This document shows positions 19,834 through 29,986 of a stretch of DNA of 64,000 bases, piece by piece (the first letter of the stretch is position 1; each line of letters begins with the position of its first letter). The stretch covers positions 181,551 to 245,550 of IMG/VR virus record IMGVR_UViG_3300032307_000369. One strand, 5' to 3'. Below the pieces are notes generated by a model, which saw only the letters and a program-made list of their open reading frames with translations, made no database searches and was not told the DNA's origin. Made by a program: the position numbers and the translations under genes.

Positions 19834-22800
19834 ATGGCCGAATTTAAACTAGGTAGACTAAGATTCGTATGGAAAGGCACTTGGACTGCCACTACCGCAT
19901 ACGTAAAAGACGATATTGTTCGTCACGGTGGTAAAACATACGTTGCTAAAACAGCGCATACATCAGCATCAAACTTCTATACAGATTCAGATGCAAACAG
20001 ATGGGAACTAATGGCAGATGGTATTCAATGGATTAATACTCCTTGGACTGCTAGCACCACTTATAAAGAAGGTGACTTAGTTCGATATGGCGGAAAAGTT
20101 TATCTATGTATAGACGGTCATACTGCTAATGCTACACAGAACGGCGGCTTTTATACAGATTTAGGTATTAACAAATGGAGTCTATTTGTTGATGGTATCA
20201 CTGCTGTTGGTGATTGGACAGTTAGCACTTACTATAAGTTAGGTGACATTGCCAAATACAATGGTCTTACTTACATTTGTACAGAAGGACACACTTCTTC
20301 ATCTACAACTAGTAGTGGTTTAGAAGCAGACATTGGTAAATGGGATGTCTTTGCTGAAGGTATTAAATATCGAGGTGCTTGGTCAGGCACAACTCGTTAC
20401 ATTCTAAATGACGTAGTTAAATTTGGTGCTAGTTTATATATTTGCGCACTACCACACACAAGTACTAGTGTGTTTGAAGATAACAGATGGTTCTTATTCA
20501 CATCTGGATTTGAATTTGGCGGAGAGTGGACCAATTTAACAGAATATCAAATTGGTGACGTAGTTCGTTATGGTGGTTACTTGTACGTAGCCGTTTCTAG
20601 AAATACTGGACAAGTTCCAACTGGAACTTCTGGTAATTGGACATTGTTGTCCATGGCATATAGTACTAATGGTACTTACAGTAACGTTGCTACATATAAA
20701 CCAGGTGAAGTGGTAAGACACGGTGGTAATACATTCGTAGCCAATCAAGAAATTGGCGTAGGTGAAACACCAGTTAGTGATGTTGCCAAATGGGACTTGC
20801 TAGTTTCAGGTGTTCGTTGGACTGGTGATTGGACTGCGACTCCAACTGAAGTAACTTACAAGATTAATGATCTAGTAAAATATGTTGCTACAACATACGT
20901 TTGCGTAACAGAACATGATCCTACAAACTTAAATCGTCCTGACTTAGATGCACTTGGAACAAATTGGATTCCTTTTGCAGAAGGTGCAGACGTAAACGTT
21001 ATGGTTCGTAGAGGTGATTTAGTCACTCGTAATGCCATACAGAATATTAGATTACCAGTGGGTGATGCTGGACAAATTCTAAAGGTGCAGAATAACGGCC
21101 TTGATTTAACTTGGGGTAACGTTGGTAGTATCACTAACATTTATTATGTTAGTACTGAAGGTCTTGATGGCCCAACACGTGGAACATCTATTGACCAGCC
21201 ATTTAGAACAATCAAGTACGCTTGTGATTATGTAAGAACAGTTGCTCCTGCTGGATTTGATAGCCCAGCAGTTATTAATGTTAAGGCAGGTGTTTACACT
21301 GAAATCTTCCCAATAAGTTTACCAAAATTTACATCCTTGGTAGGTGATGAACTACGTATGAGTATTGTTCAACCAACACCTGAAACAAGTCACTTGGACA
21401 AGTTTAGAATGCGTGATAGTACAACTATCCGTAACTTTACATTCCGTGGGGCAACTGGTGCACCAGGCGGTGGATTTACAGATGTTAATCAGTATGGAAC
21501 AAGACGTCCAACTGGTGCGGCATGGTGCTGTTTAGATCCAGGTACTGGTCCTAATGATGAAAGCGTATGGGTAGGCGCACGTTCACCTTACATTCAAAAC
21601 GTAACAACATTTGGTGATAACTGCGTTGGTCAAAAAATTGACGGTGCATTACACAATGGTGGTAACAAGTCTATTACATCAAACGACTTTACACAAGTTA
21701 TGAGTGATAGTATTGGTGCTTGGTGTACTAACCAAGGTCGTGCAGAACTTGTTTCTGTGTTCACATACTATAGCTACATTGGTTATCTATGTGAAAACGG
21801 CGGTGTTATTCGTGCAACTAACGGTAACAACTCTTATGGTACATTTGGCTCGGTGTCTGAAGGCGTTGACCCAACTGAAATTTCTCGTACTGCCACTGTT
21901 GACAATAGAAGATTAAACGCAATTGTTGATGTTACACAAACAGATGGTGAAAGCGTTTTATACTTAGAATATTTAAATGCTGGTGAAAATTATACCTCAG
22001 CAACTTATGGATTTACTGGTTCAGGTGTAAGTGCAAGTCTTAGTGCGACTGCTGATATTGCCGCAGGCGGTGTAGCAGAAGTTCGAGTATTAGCTGACGG
22101 TGATAGTTATGTTGGCGTACAAAACAACGCACAGTTGGGTGATGCAACTTATATTAGACTAGGCGCATCAGATATCCAAATTACAAATGGATACAACGGA
22201 ATGCGTATCCTTTTAATTGACGGTACTGGTACTGGACAATATGCCTACATTAGTGCTTTTGATGGCGGTAGTAAAGATTTAACAGTCAATAAAGAAACAT
22301 TTACACCGTTAACTGTTACTGCGGTTGCTTCAACTGGTAATCTATTTACAACAGCAGACACTAGCACATTGACATTAAACATGCCAATTAATTTCCAAGG
22401 AACAGTACTTGGAAACGTTGTTGCAGATACAATTTATTATGTTAAAACTATTCCAGGTGGAACAACATTTACAGTCAGTGCTTCTATCAGTGGTGGTGTA
22501 GCTGGTACAACATTTAACCCAGGAACTGCTACTGGCACTATGGTTTTACATGCAGTTGGTTGGGACGTATTTGCTGACAATATTGTTACAAACATTGGCG
22601 GCGCAACTCAAGCTAACCCAGTAGTAATTACAACATCAACACCACACGGATTAAAGTCTACTTGGAACGCTAGAATTAGTGGCGTGACTGGTATGACACA
22701 GTTGAATGGTAACACATACTTTGTTGACGTGTTGTCAAATACAACATTTGCCCTATACACAGATTTTGGATTAACTTCGTCAGTTAACGGAACAGCATAT

Positions 22801-25800
22801 GGCGCATATTCTTCTGGTGGTGCAGTTAACGGAAAACAAAGCATTGCTCCATTCTTGAATACAACGACAAGATATGTAATTGAACCACGACCAGTTTTCT
22901 CAACAGGTTCAGGCGCAAGTGCAACTCCTGTTAGAACATTAGGTATTGATGCTTTTACTATTGTTAACGGCGGTAAAGGTTACACAGACGCACCTACACC
23001 AATCATTGCAGGCCCAGACACTGTATTAGACGCGGTTAATGCAACAGCGACAACTACTATTTCTGGACCAGTTGACACTGTAACTGTTTATTCTAGAGGT
23101 GGTGGCTATACTAGCGCACCTACTTTACAGTTTGTAGGTGGAGGCTTACCAACAGATTATGTTGATTTTGCGGCAGAAGCTGTTGTTACATTAGGTACTG
23201 CAATTTTTGTTCCTGGAACTTTAAGATTTTATGAAGTAACTGTTGCTGGAACACTTGGACTAACAGCGCCAACACACACTAGCGGAACTGCTACTAACGG
23301 AACTGCTACCGTAAGATACTTAGGTAGAAGAGCCAGTGCAACTGCTAACATGACCAATATTATTAAAACATTGGTATTGAATAGTGGCGGTGTTGGATAC
23401 ACTAGCACTCCTAGTGTGCAAGTAAGTGGGGCTAGTGGTTCAGGAGCAATTATTTCTGCAACCATCAGTCAGGTTATTAACCAAATTACACTTGATACAC
23501 CAGGTGCTGGATATAACACTGCTCCTACAGTCACTCTAATAGGCGGAGATCCGTTAGAGTTTGCAACAGCTCAAGCAGTACTAGATGCTACGTTAACTGG
23601 AGTTACTATCGTTGAAGGTGGTAACGGATATGTTCCTGCATCAACAACAGTTATTGTATCTGCTCCACCTGCTGGCGGTACAACTGCTACTGCTGAAGCA
23701 GTTATTGACTTTGGTGCATATATTCCAGGAATTACACCAGGAGCAGTTACCAGCATTAATATTCTTACTGCTGGTAGTGGTTATGCAACATCGCCTGCAA
23801 TAATTATTAATGGTGTTGGTAGCGGAGCTAGTGCTCAAACAATTATTACTGGTGAAATTGATAGAATTGAAGTGATCAACAGAGGTAGAGGATACGAATC
23901 TACTCCAGCAGTTAGTATTACTGGTGGCGGCGGATTTGGTGCAACAGCTACAGCTAGCAGAACAGGCTCAGTAAACACTATTACAATTATTGATGGTGGA
24001 GCTGGATTTACTGGCAATCCTACATTAGAATTTATTGGCGGTGGTCTACCCAACGGAAGTCCAAGTCATGCAACAGCCGTAGTTTCAGCAATTGACTCTG
24101 TAGTCTCAACTGTCACTCTTGTAGACGCTGGTGATAATTATACTTCAAACCCTGCAATTTCTGTAACAGGTGGTGGCGGAACAGGACCAACACTAAGAGC
24201 TAGAATTAATGGTCAGATTAGAACTATCACAGTAACTGATCCAGGTAGTGATTATAGTGCTGTAGTAGCACCAGTCATTGCGTTTAGTGGTGGTCGAGTG
24301 TACAAATCACCAGTTGCTGGTCTAAGATATTATACAAATGCCAGTGCATTAACCGCAATTGGTATTAGTCAGTTGACTCAAACACTTGCTGGTATTGCAA
24401 GAGCAACTGTTCTAGCTAAAAACGTTGTTGCTAACACAAACCCTGTGACCTCATATCAACAAGCAGTGACTCGTACTGCTGGCGGTGTAGGTTATACTCA
24501 GCCAACAAACATTGGTTTTGCAATTGACAGTTGGATGAACGGTGTATATTACACAATTGAAAACGGTCAAAATCATGTCAATGCCGCACAAGTGCTAAGA
24601 CTAAACAGACGTTTTTTAAGAACAGACGCAATGCAGTTCTTGGCAAACAACTATCCAGCTGTTTCAGATAGTACTTGGAGCAGAGATATTGGATTGATAA
24701 TTGATGCAATTGCAAAAGATATTGAAACACGCGGAGTAGTTAACTCTTCAACAGTTGCAATTAAACAGGCTTTCATAGATGCTAGAACTGCTGAACCTTT
24801 GGCAGTATTAGGCGTAATGGATTTCTTAAGAGATAGTATTGTTAGCATTGTTCAAAACATAGTATTAACTCCACAAGTTGATGGAACTACTACTTGGGAA
24901 GGACTATGGGTAGATGCTAAGAGCTATCAAACTAATGATGTGGTGTTCTTTGCAGGCAAGACTTATACTGCACAAAGCAATCATTTCTCTAACACATTGT
25001 TCAGTGTTGATTTGGCAGCTGGTCGCTGGGTTGAAAATATCAATGGTCAACAGACTTTAGATCTTCCATTAGAACCAGGCGCTATTACCGCTACTGAAAA
25101 TTTAGGAAATTACATTAAAGGGATATTACAATATCCACCAGCTAATGCATCTTGGACAGCGGCTGCAACATTGTTGTCAAGTAACCAATCTTATATCAAA
25201 GCAGAAGTAATTGCTTATATAAACAACACATATGAAGATTTTGTATACAATCAATCACTATGTGCTCGTGATATTGGATTTATTTTAGATGCTGTAGCAT
25301 ACGACTTATTAAATGCTCTAATTGCAGAAGCTACTGCTACTGCTAGCACAACTGGTGTTATATCAAAACTTACAGTTGATACTGGCGGTGAAGGATATAG
25401 TGGAGGGGTTGTAATTGCACTTGCAGGTGGTGGCGCTAGCGGAGCACCAACAGTTAATGCAACTGCAACTGCCATTAGAAATCAACTAACTGGTGCAATC
25501 ACTGGCTTTACAATGACTAATAAGGGTAAAGGATACGCTTCTTTACCAACTGTTACAATTACTCCTGATACAGGTAGTGGCGTAGTTGCTAGATGCCGAG
25601 TTGTTGGTGGTAACGTAAGTAAAGTGAATATTATTCATCCAGGTAGTGGCTATACTTCTGGACCGTTCCTAAGACTAGTTGATCCAAATAACAGTGGAGA
25701 TGCGGCATTCCAAGTGCGTGTTGCAAACGGCGTTCTAAAACAGCCTAAATTTACTGGTAGAGGAACAGGATTCTTAACTGCTGCCGTTGACATTAGTGGT

Positions 25801-28800
25801 GACGGATTTGCTGAAATTGCACAAACAGGTAGCTTTATATATGTTAAGAACTTAACAAATATTCCTACTCCAGGTGCAAACATACAGTTTGAAGATAATG
25901 ACACATTCTATAAACTAGTTACAGTTCGTGAAGTTATTGGACCACAAGGAACAATTAATGCTAGAGCAATTTTACTAGCTAACAAAGCGTTCGTACAGGC
26001 AGAAGTTATTAGCTATTTGAATAACTTCACATTTGACAGTGTAAAATGCTCACGAGATATTGGTTATATTATTGATGCTTTAGCTGATGATTCATTAACT
26101 GGATCTAATCAAAGACTATTAGCAGTAAGATGGCAGTATGCTAGAGGATTATATACTACATTTGACCGTCAAAGAATGCAAACTGCGTATGTATTAGAAT
26201 ACTTGCAGACAGAAATTAATCAATTATTCAACTATGCTGATAATGAAATATCTCAAACATTGAATGATTTGATTGAGTGGATTAAGAACGAAGAATATTA
26301 TAAAGATATTAAAGTTCCTTTAAATCCTCCTGCTGGATATGATGCAGAAAACGATGCTGGTTCTGCTGTACTAACTGCTAACCGAGAGTTTATTGCAGGA
26401 AATGCGCTAAGAAGATTTATCAACAATGCCCCTGCTGGCACATATACTTACAACTTAGAAATATGGTTGCAAGAATTTAGACAAGTAGTCGACAGTGTTG
26501 CATATGACTTAATGTACGCTGGAAATCAACAAGTGATCGAACACAGCTCAACTTTCTATAGTGGAGCAAACTTCATACTTGCTGGTTATACTGGTGACAC
26601 AAGTTTAGTAAAAGCAGAATTTGTAAACACGTTAACTTACATTAAGACATTGGCACAAGACATTGTACAGAATAATGTAATAGCTTCATTACAATCTGGA
26701 TATACAGTTAGCGGAACTGTTGCGGTGGTCAACGCATCAACAGGCGCTGTTACTGGTCCTGCACAAGACAGAACTCTAAGTGCTGGTGATACTGGTACCG
26801 CATTCCGTTCAGGCGGATTGTGTGATGACTTTATTTCAATTGTTAACAATAGTCCAACAACTATTGGCACAACTGTTACAGCTACCGGTACTTCCTTTGC
26901 AGGATTTGCTAGTGGCGATGTTGCTAAGAGAACAACGCTTCTAAATGCTAAACCAACATTGCGTACACAAGCAACAACTTGGATGACTGACAACTTTGTT
27001 GATTTTACGTATGATCAAGAAAAATGTTCTAGAGACGTTGGAATTATCGTTCAAGCAATTGCTGATGATATATATGGTGACGTAGCTAAATCTGTTGAAG
27101 CAGGTCAACGATATTATGCAGCCACTGCGGCTTTAGTGATTAGTGCGCAGAAGCCACAAACTATCGCAGCCATTAATTGGATTGGTGAAGTAGTACGCCG
27201 TGTTACAAATAACGTTACATGGGTAAGAACACAGAATCGTGTTTTCCAAGAACGATTCCCAAGTTTAACTGGCATGAGCGAAGCATTACCAGTACTACAA
27301 GAACGTGTAAACATTATTAAACGAATTGTTGAATATGGTGCATTCTTTGATCAAGTTAAACAAATTCTTTTAGATAACAAGTCTTATATTCAAGCTGAAG
27401 TAGTAAGTTTTGTTGACGCAACTTATGAAAACTTAAACTACAGTAGATCACTATGTTCTAGAGATGCAGGTTTAATTGTAGACGCATTGATATATGACGT
27501 ATATGGCGGATTGAGTAGAAGTCGTGAAGCTGGTCTACGTTATTATCAAAGCGCCAGTGCGTTGCTTGCCATTACTGGAGATCAATTGATTCCAACAACT
27601 ACTGCTATTAACTATCTAAGACAGTTAGCACAAGCAGTAATTTTAAATCAAAATCCTTCAGTTCAGTTCCAAGAAGCTGTTCTAAGAACAAGTATCAACA
27701 CAAACACTGGATCAATAGCGTTTGTAGCAGTTACTCCAGGATCTAATTATAGCCAAGGTACAAGTATCACAGTGAATACTGGTGGTAGTGGATCAATTGC
27801 TGGCGAAATTGATGCTGTGGTTGATGTTGCTACTGGTAGTATTATTGAAGCAACAGTTGTTAATGGTGGTTCAGGATTTAATAATGCACCAAGTTTAGCA
27901 ATAACAAAACCTGTTGCAGTGGTAAAAACTTATGCTAATATTTCAGGAACAACGTTGACTGTAAGTGACACTGTTGGAATATTTGTTGGCATGGAAGTTA
28001 CTGGTACAGGATTTACTAGCAATCAACGTGTAGTATCTATTAACAGTAATGGAATTGCAGTTGAACTTAGTGCAACGTCTGACGGTACTCCTGCAGGCAA
28101 TATCACATTCACTGATATTGGTAGTGGAGCAAGCGCAACCGCTATTTTAGGAGTTGCTTATAATACTGCACATGTATCAGAACTACTAGTTGATGAGAAG
28201 ATTGACGAAGCAACTGCGGCACTATTGGCAGTTATTGCTGGCGGTCCAAGTGTATTACCTGCTGGTAGATATGCGGCACGTCTACAAGTTAGTCCAGAGA
28301 TTCCAATTCAAATTAGTCCTCCACATGACACAAACACTGTGGTACGTAGTAAGTACTCACAAGTTCGTTTAACTGGTCACGACTTCTTGAATATTGGTAC
28401 TGGTAACAAGAACGATACCAACTACCCAGGCATTCCATTGAACGCTCCAGATCAAGCTAACGAAGTTGTTGAAGTTGGCGGTGGTCGTGTGTTCTACACC
28501 TCAACTGACCAAGACGGTAACTTTAGAGTTGGTGAACTATTCCGAGTTGAACAGTCAACTGGTATTGCTACATTGAATGCTGATGCGTTTAACTTGAGTG
28601 GTTTGAACGAACTATCACTTGGTGGTGTTACACTAGGCGGTTCAGGCGCTGTTATTCGTGAATTCTCAACAGACAGTACATTCTTTGCTAATAGTGACAA
28701 TATTGTTCCAACACAGAAAGCTATTAAGACTTACATTCAAAGTGCTTTAGGTTCTGGTGGTGGTAACATTGCTGTTAACGCGGTTATTGCTGGTGAGATT

Positions 28801-29979
28801 TTGATTACTGGTGATGAGATCACAACAACAAGCGGTGTACCAGTTAGATTTACTAATGCCCCAGGTCTACAATTTGAAGGCGGAGCAAACAGTACAAGTA
28901 CAACTACTGGTACAATTAGAGTTGGTACTGTATTAACTCCAGGTGGTATTGGTGTAACAGGTAACGTGTTTGTTGGCGGAACTGTTAACACACAAAGTTT
29001 AGTTGCTGCCGCCCTTGATAACACACCAATTGGTTCAAATACTCGTAGTACAGCATTGTTTACTACACTGGGTGCTAACGGTATTGTAACATTAACTGCT
29101 GGTTTGGCAGCGACAGGTAACACTACTGGAACATTGCGTGTTCAAGGTGGCGCTGGTATTACTGGTGATATTTTTGCAGGCGGTAATATTAGTACAACTG
29201 GTAGTTTAGAAGGCGCTAGTTTAGACAATACACCAATTGGTGCAACTGTTCGAAGCTCAGCATTGTTTACTACACTGGCTGCTAACGACAACGTACAGTT
29301 TACTAAAAATACAAACAGCACAAGTACTGGTACAGGAACACTAGTAGTAGTTGGTGGTGCAGGATTTAGTGGTAACATCACAGTTGGACAGCAACTAAGA
29401 CTTTCTGGATCAACAAGCGGTGTTACTGGATTCCAAGCTCCAGCTAGTGCAGGTAGCACAATTTATGTACTACCAGGTGCAGACGGTGCCGCAGGAACTA
29501 GTTTGGTTACTAACGGTAGTGGTGTTTTAAGTTGGGGTCAAGCAGGCGCAACAATTGCTGATGATACAACTACGAACAGCACGTTCTATCCAGCACTTTC
29601 AAACGTAACTACAGGTGGCGTTACAAGTTTAAGAGTGTCAAGTACTAAGTTTACATTTAATCCAAGCAGTGGTTTGCTAACTGTTACAGCACTAACAGAA
29701 AGTTCAAGTATTGCATTGAAACAAAATGTTAACCCAATTACTGATGCATTGGATAATGTGTTAAAACTAGTTGGTGTTACATACGATCGTAAAGATGGTA
29801 CACGTGACAACGAACCAGGATTGATTGCGGAAGATGTTAATAAAGTAATTCCAAACTTGGTAACTAAAGATGCACAAGGAAATCCAGATGGTATTCACTA
29901 TAGTAAGTTAACTGCTTATTTGGTTGAAGCAATTAAAGCACTAAAAGCAGAAATTGACGATTTGAAAAACGGTAAGTAA
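19834..29979 (+). CDS. Giant (3381 aa) multidomain tail-fibre / virion protein with C-terminal S74 intramolecular chaperone
   Basis: N-terminal W....Y..GD.V.YGG..Y repeats (CBM5/12-like); split beta-helix; more than 10 GxGY..xP beta repeats; helical CxRD repeats; TG.L.V.GG.G fibre repeats; C-terminal SSIALK...GLIAEDV...Y.KL...LVEAIK. Confidence 0.85.
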   Translation: MAEFKLGRLRFVWKGTWTATTAYVKDDIVRHGGKTYVAKTAHTSASNFYTDSDANRWELMADGIQWINTPWTASTTYKEGDLVRYGGKVYLCIDGHTANATQNGGFYTDLGINKWSLFVDGITAVGDWTVSTYYKLGDIAKYNGLTYICTEGHTSSSTTSSGLEADIGKWDVFAEGIKYRGAWSGTTRYILNDVVKFGASLYICALPHTSTSVFEDNRWFLFTSGFEFGGEWTNLTEYQIGDVVRYGGYLYVAVSRNTGQVPTGTSGNWTLLSMAYSTNGTYSNVATYKPGEVVRHGGNTFVANQEIGVGETPVSDVAKWDLLVSGVRWTGDWTATPTEVTYKINDLVKYVATTYVCVTEHDPTNLNRPDLDALGTNWIPFAEGADVNVMVRRGDLVTRNAIQNIRLPVGDAGQILKVQNNGLDLTWGNVGSITNIYYVSTEGLDGPTRGTSIDQPFRTIKYACDYVRTVAPAGFDSPAVINVKAGVYTEIFPISLPKFTSLVGDELRMSIVQPTPETSHLDKFRMRDSTTIRNFTFRGATGAPGGGFTDVNQYGTRRPTGAAWCCLDPGTGPNDESVWVGARSPYIQNVTTFGDNCVGQKIDGALHNGGNKSITSNDFTQVMSDSIGAWCTNQGRAELVSVFTYYSYIGYLCENGGVIRATNGNNSYGTFGSVSEGVDPTEISRTATVDNRRLNAIVDVTQTDGESVLYLEYLNAGENYTSATYGFTGSGVSASLSATADIAAGGVAEVRVLADGDSYVGVQNNAQLGDATYIRLGASDIQITNGYNGMRILLIDGTGTGQYAYISAFDGGSKDLTVNKETFTPLTVTAVASTGNLFTTADTSTLTLNMPINFQGTVLGNVVADTIYYVKTIPGGTTFTVSASISGGVAGTTFNPGTATGTMVLHAVGWDVFADNIVTNIGGATQANPVVITTSTPHGLKSTWNARISGVTGMTQLNGNTYFVDVLSNTTFALYTDFGLTSSVNGTAYGAYSSGGAVNGKQSIAPFLNTTTRYVIEPRPVFSTGSGASATPVRTLGIDAFTIVNGGKGYTDAPTPIIAGPDTVLDAVNATATTTISGPVDTVTVYSRGGGYTSAPTLQFVGGGLPTDYVDFAAEAVVTLGTAIFVPGTLRFYEVTVAGTLGLTAPTHTSGTATNGTATVRYLGRRASATANMTNIIKTLVLNSGGVGYTSTPSVQVSGASGSGAIISATISQVINQITLDTPGAGYNTAPTVTLIGGDPLEFATAQAVLDATLTGVTIVEGGNGYVPASTTVIVSAPPAGGTTATAEAVIDFGAYIPGITPGAVTSINILTAGSGYATSPAIIINGVGSGASAQTIITGEIDRIEVINRGRGYESTPAVSITGGGGFGATATASRTGSVNTITIIDGGAGFTGNPTLEFIGGGLPNGSPSHATAVVSAIDSVVSTVTLVDAGDNYTSNPAISVTGGGGTGPTLRARINGQIRTITVTDPGSDYSAVVAPVIAFSGGRVYKSPVAGLRYYTNASALTAIGISQLTQTLAGIARATVLAKNVVANTNPVTSYQQAVTRTAGGVGYTQPTNIGFAIDSWMNGVYYTIENGQNHVNAAQVLRLNRRFLRTDAMQFLANNYPAVSDSTWSRDIGLIIDAIAKDIETRGVVNSSTVAIKQAFIDARTAEPLAVLGVMDFLRDSIVSIVQNIVLTPQVDGTTTWEGLWVDAKSYQTNDVVFFAGKTYTAQSNHFSNTLFSVDLAAGRWVENINGQQTLDLPLEPGAITATENLGNYIKGILQYPPANASWTAAATLLSSNQSYIKAEVIAYINNTYEDFVYNQSLCARDIGFILDAVAYDLLNALIAEATATASTTGVISKLTVDTGGEGYSGGVVIALAGGGASGAPTVNATATAIRNQLTGAITGFTMTNKGKGYASLPTVTITPDTGSGVVARCRVVGGNVSKVNIIHPGSGYTSGPFLRLVDPNNSGDAAFQVRVANGVLKQPKFTGRGTGFLTAAVDISGDGFAEIAQTGSFIYVKNLTNIPTPGANIQFEDNDTFYKLVTVREVIGPQGTINARAILLANKAFVQAEVISYLNNFTFDSVKCSRDIGYIIDALADDSLTGSNQRLLAVRWQYARGLYTTFDRQRMQTAYVLEYLQTEINQLFNYADNEISQTLNDLIEWIKNEEYYKDIKVPLNPPAGYDAENDAGSAVLTANREFIAGNALRRFINNAPAGTYTYNLEIWLQEFRQVVDSVAYDLMYAGNQQVIEHSSTFYSGANFILAGYTGDTSLVKAEFVNTLTYIKTLAQDIVQNNVIASLQSGYTVSGTVAVVNASTGAVTGPAQDRTLSAGDTGTAFRSGGLCDDFISIVNNSPTTIGTTVTATGTSFAGFASGDVAKRTTLLNAKPTLRTQATTWMTDNFVDFTYDQEKCSRDVGIIVQAIADDIYGDVAKSVEAGQRYYAATAALVISAQKPQTIAAINWIGEVVRRVTNNVTWVRTQNRVFQERFPSLTGMSEALPVLQERVNIIKRIVEYGAFFDQVKQILLDNKSYIQAEVVSFVDATYENLNYSRSLCSRDAGLIVDALIYDVYGGLSRSREAGLRYYQSASALLAITGDQLIPTTTAINYLRQLAQAVILNQNPSVQFQEAVLRTSINTNTGSIAFVAVTPGSNYSQGTSITVNTGGSGSIAGEIDAVVDVATGSIIEATVVNGGSGFNNAPSLAITKPVAVVKTYANISGTTLTVSDTVGIFVGMEVTGTGFTSNQRVVSINSNGIAVELSATSDGTPAGNITFTDIGSGASATAILGVAYNTAHVSELLVDEKIDEATAALLAVIAGGPSVLPAGRYAARLQVSPEIPIQISPPHDTNTVVRSKYSQVRLTGHDFLNIGTGNKNDTNYPGIPLNAPDQANEVVEVGGGRVFYTSTDQDGNFRVGELFRVEQSTGIATLNADAFNLSGLNELSLGGVTLGGSGAVIREFSTDSTFFANSDNIVPTQKAIKTYIQSALGSGGGNIAVNAVIAGEILITGDEITTTSGVPVRFTNAPGLQFEGGANSTSTTTGTIRVGTVLTPGGIGVTGNVFVGGTVNTQSLVAAALDNTPIGSNTRSTALFTTLGANGIVTLTAGLAATGNTTGTLRVQGGAGITGDIFAGGNISTTGSLEGASLDNTPIGATVRSSALFTTLAANDNVQFTKNTNSTSTGTGTLVVVGGAGFSGNITVGQQLRLSGSTSGVTGFQAPASAGSTIYVLPGADGAAGTSLVTNGSGVLSWGQAGATIADDTTTNSTFYPALSNVTTGGVTSLRVSSTKFTFNPSSGLLTVTALTESSSIALKQNVNPITDALDNVLKLVGVTYDRKDGTRDNEPGLIAEDVNKVIPNLVTKDAQGNPDGIHYSKLTAYLVEAIKALKAEIDDLKNGK

Positions 29980-29986
29980 TAATACT

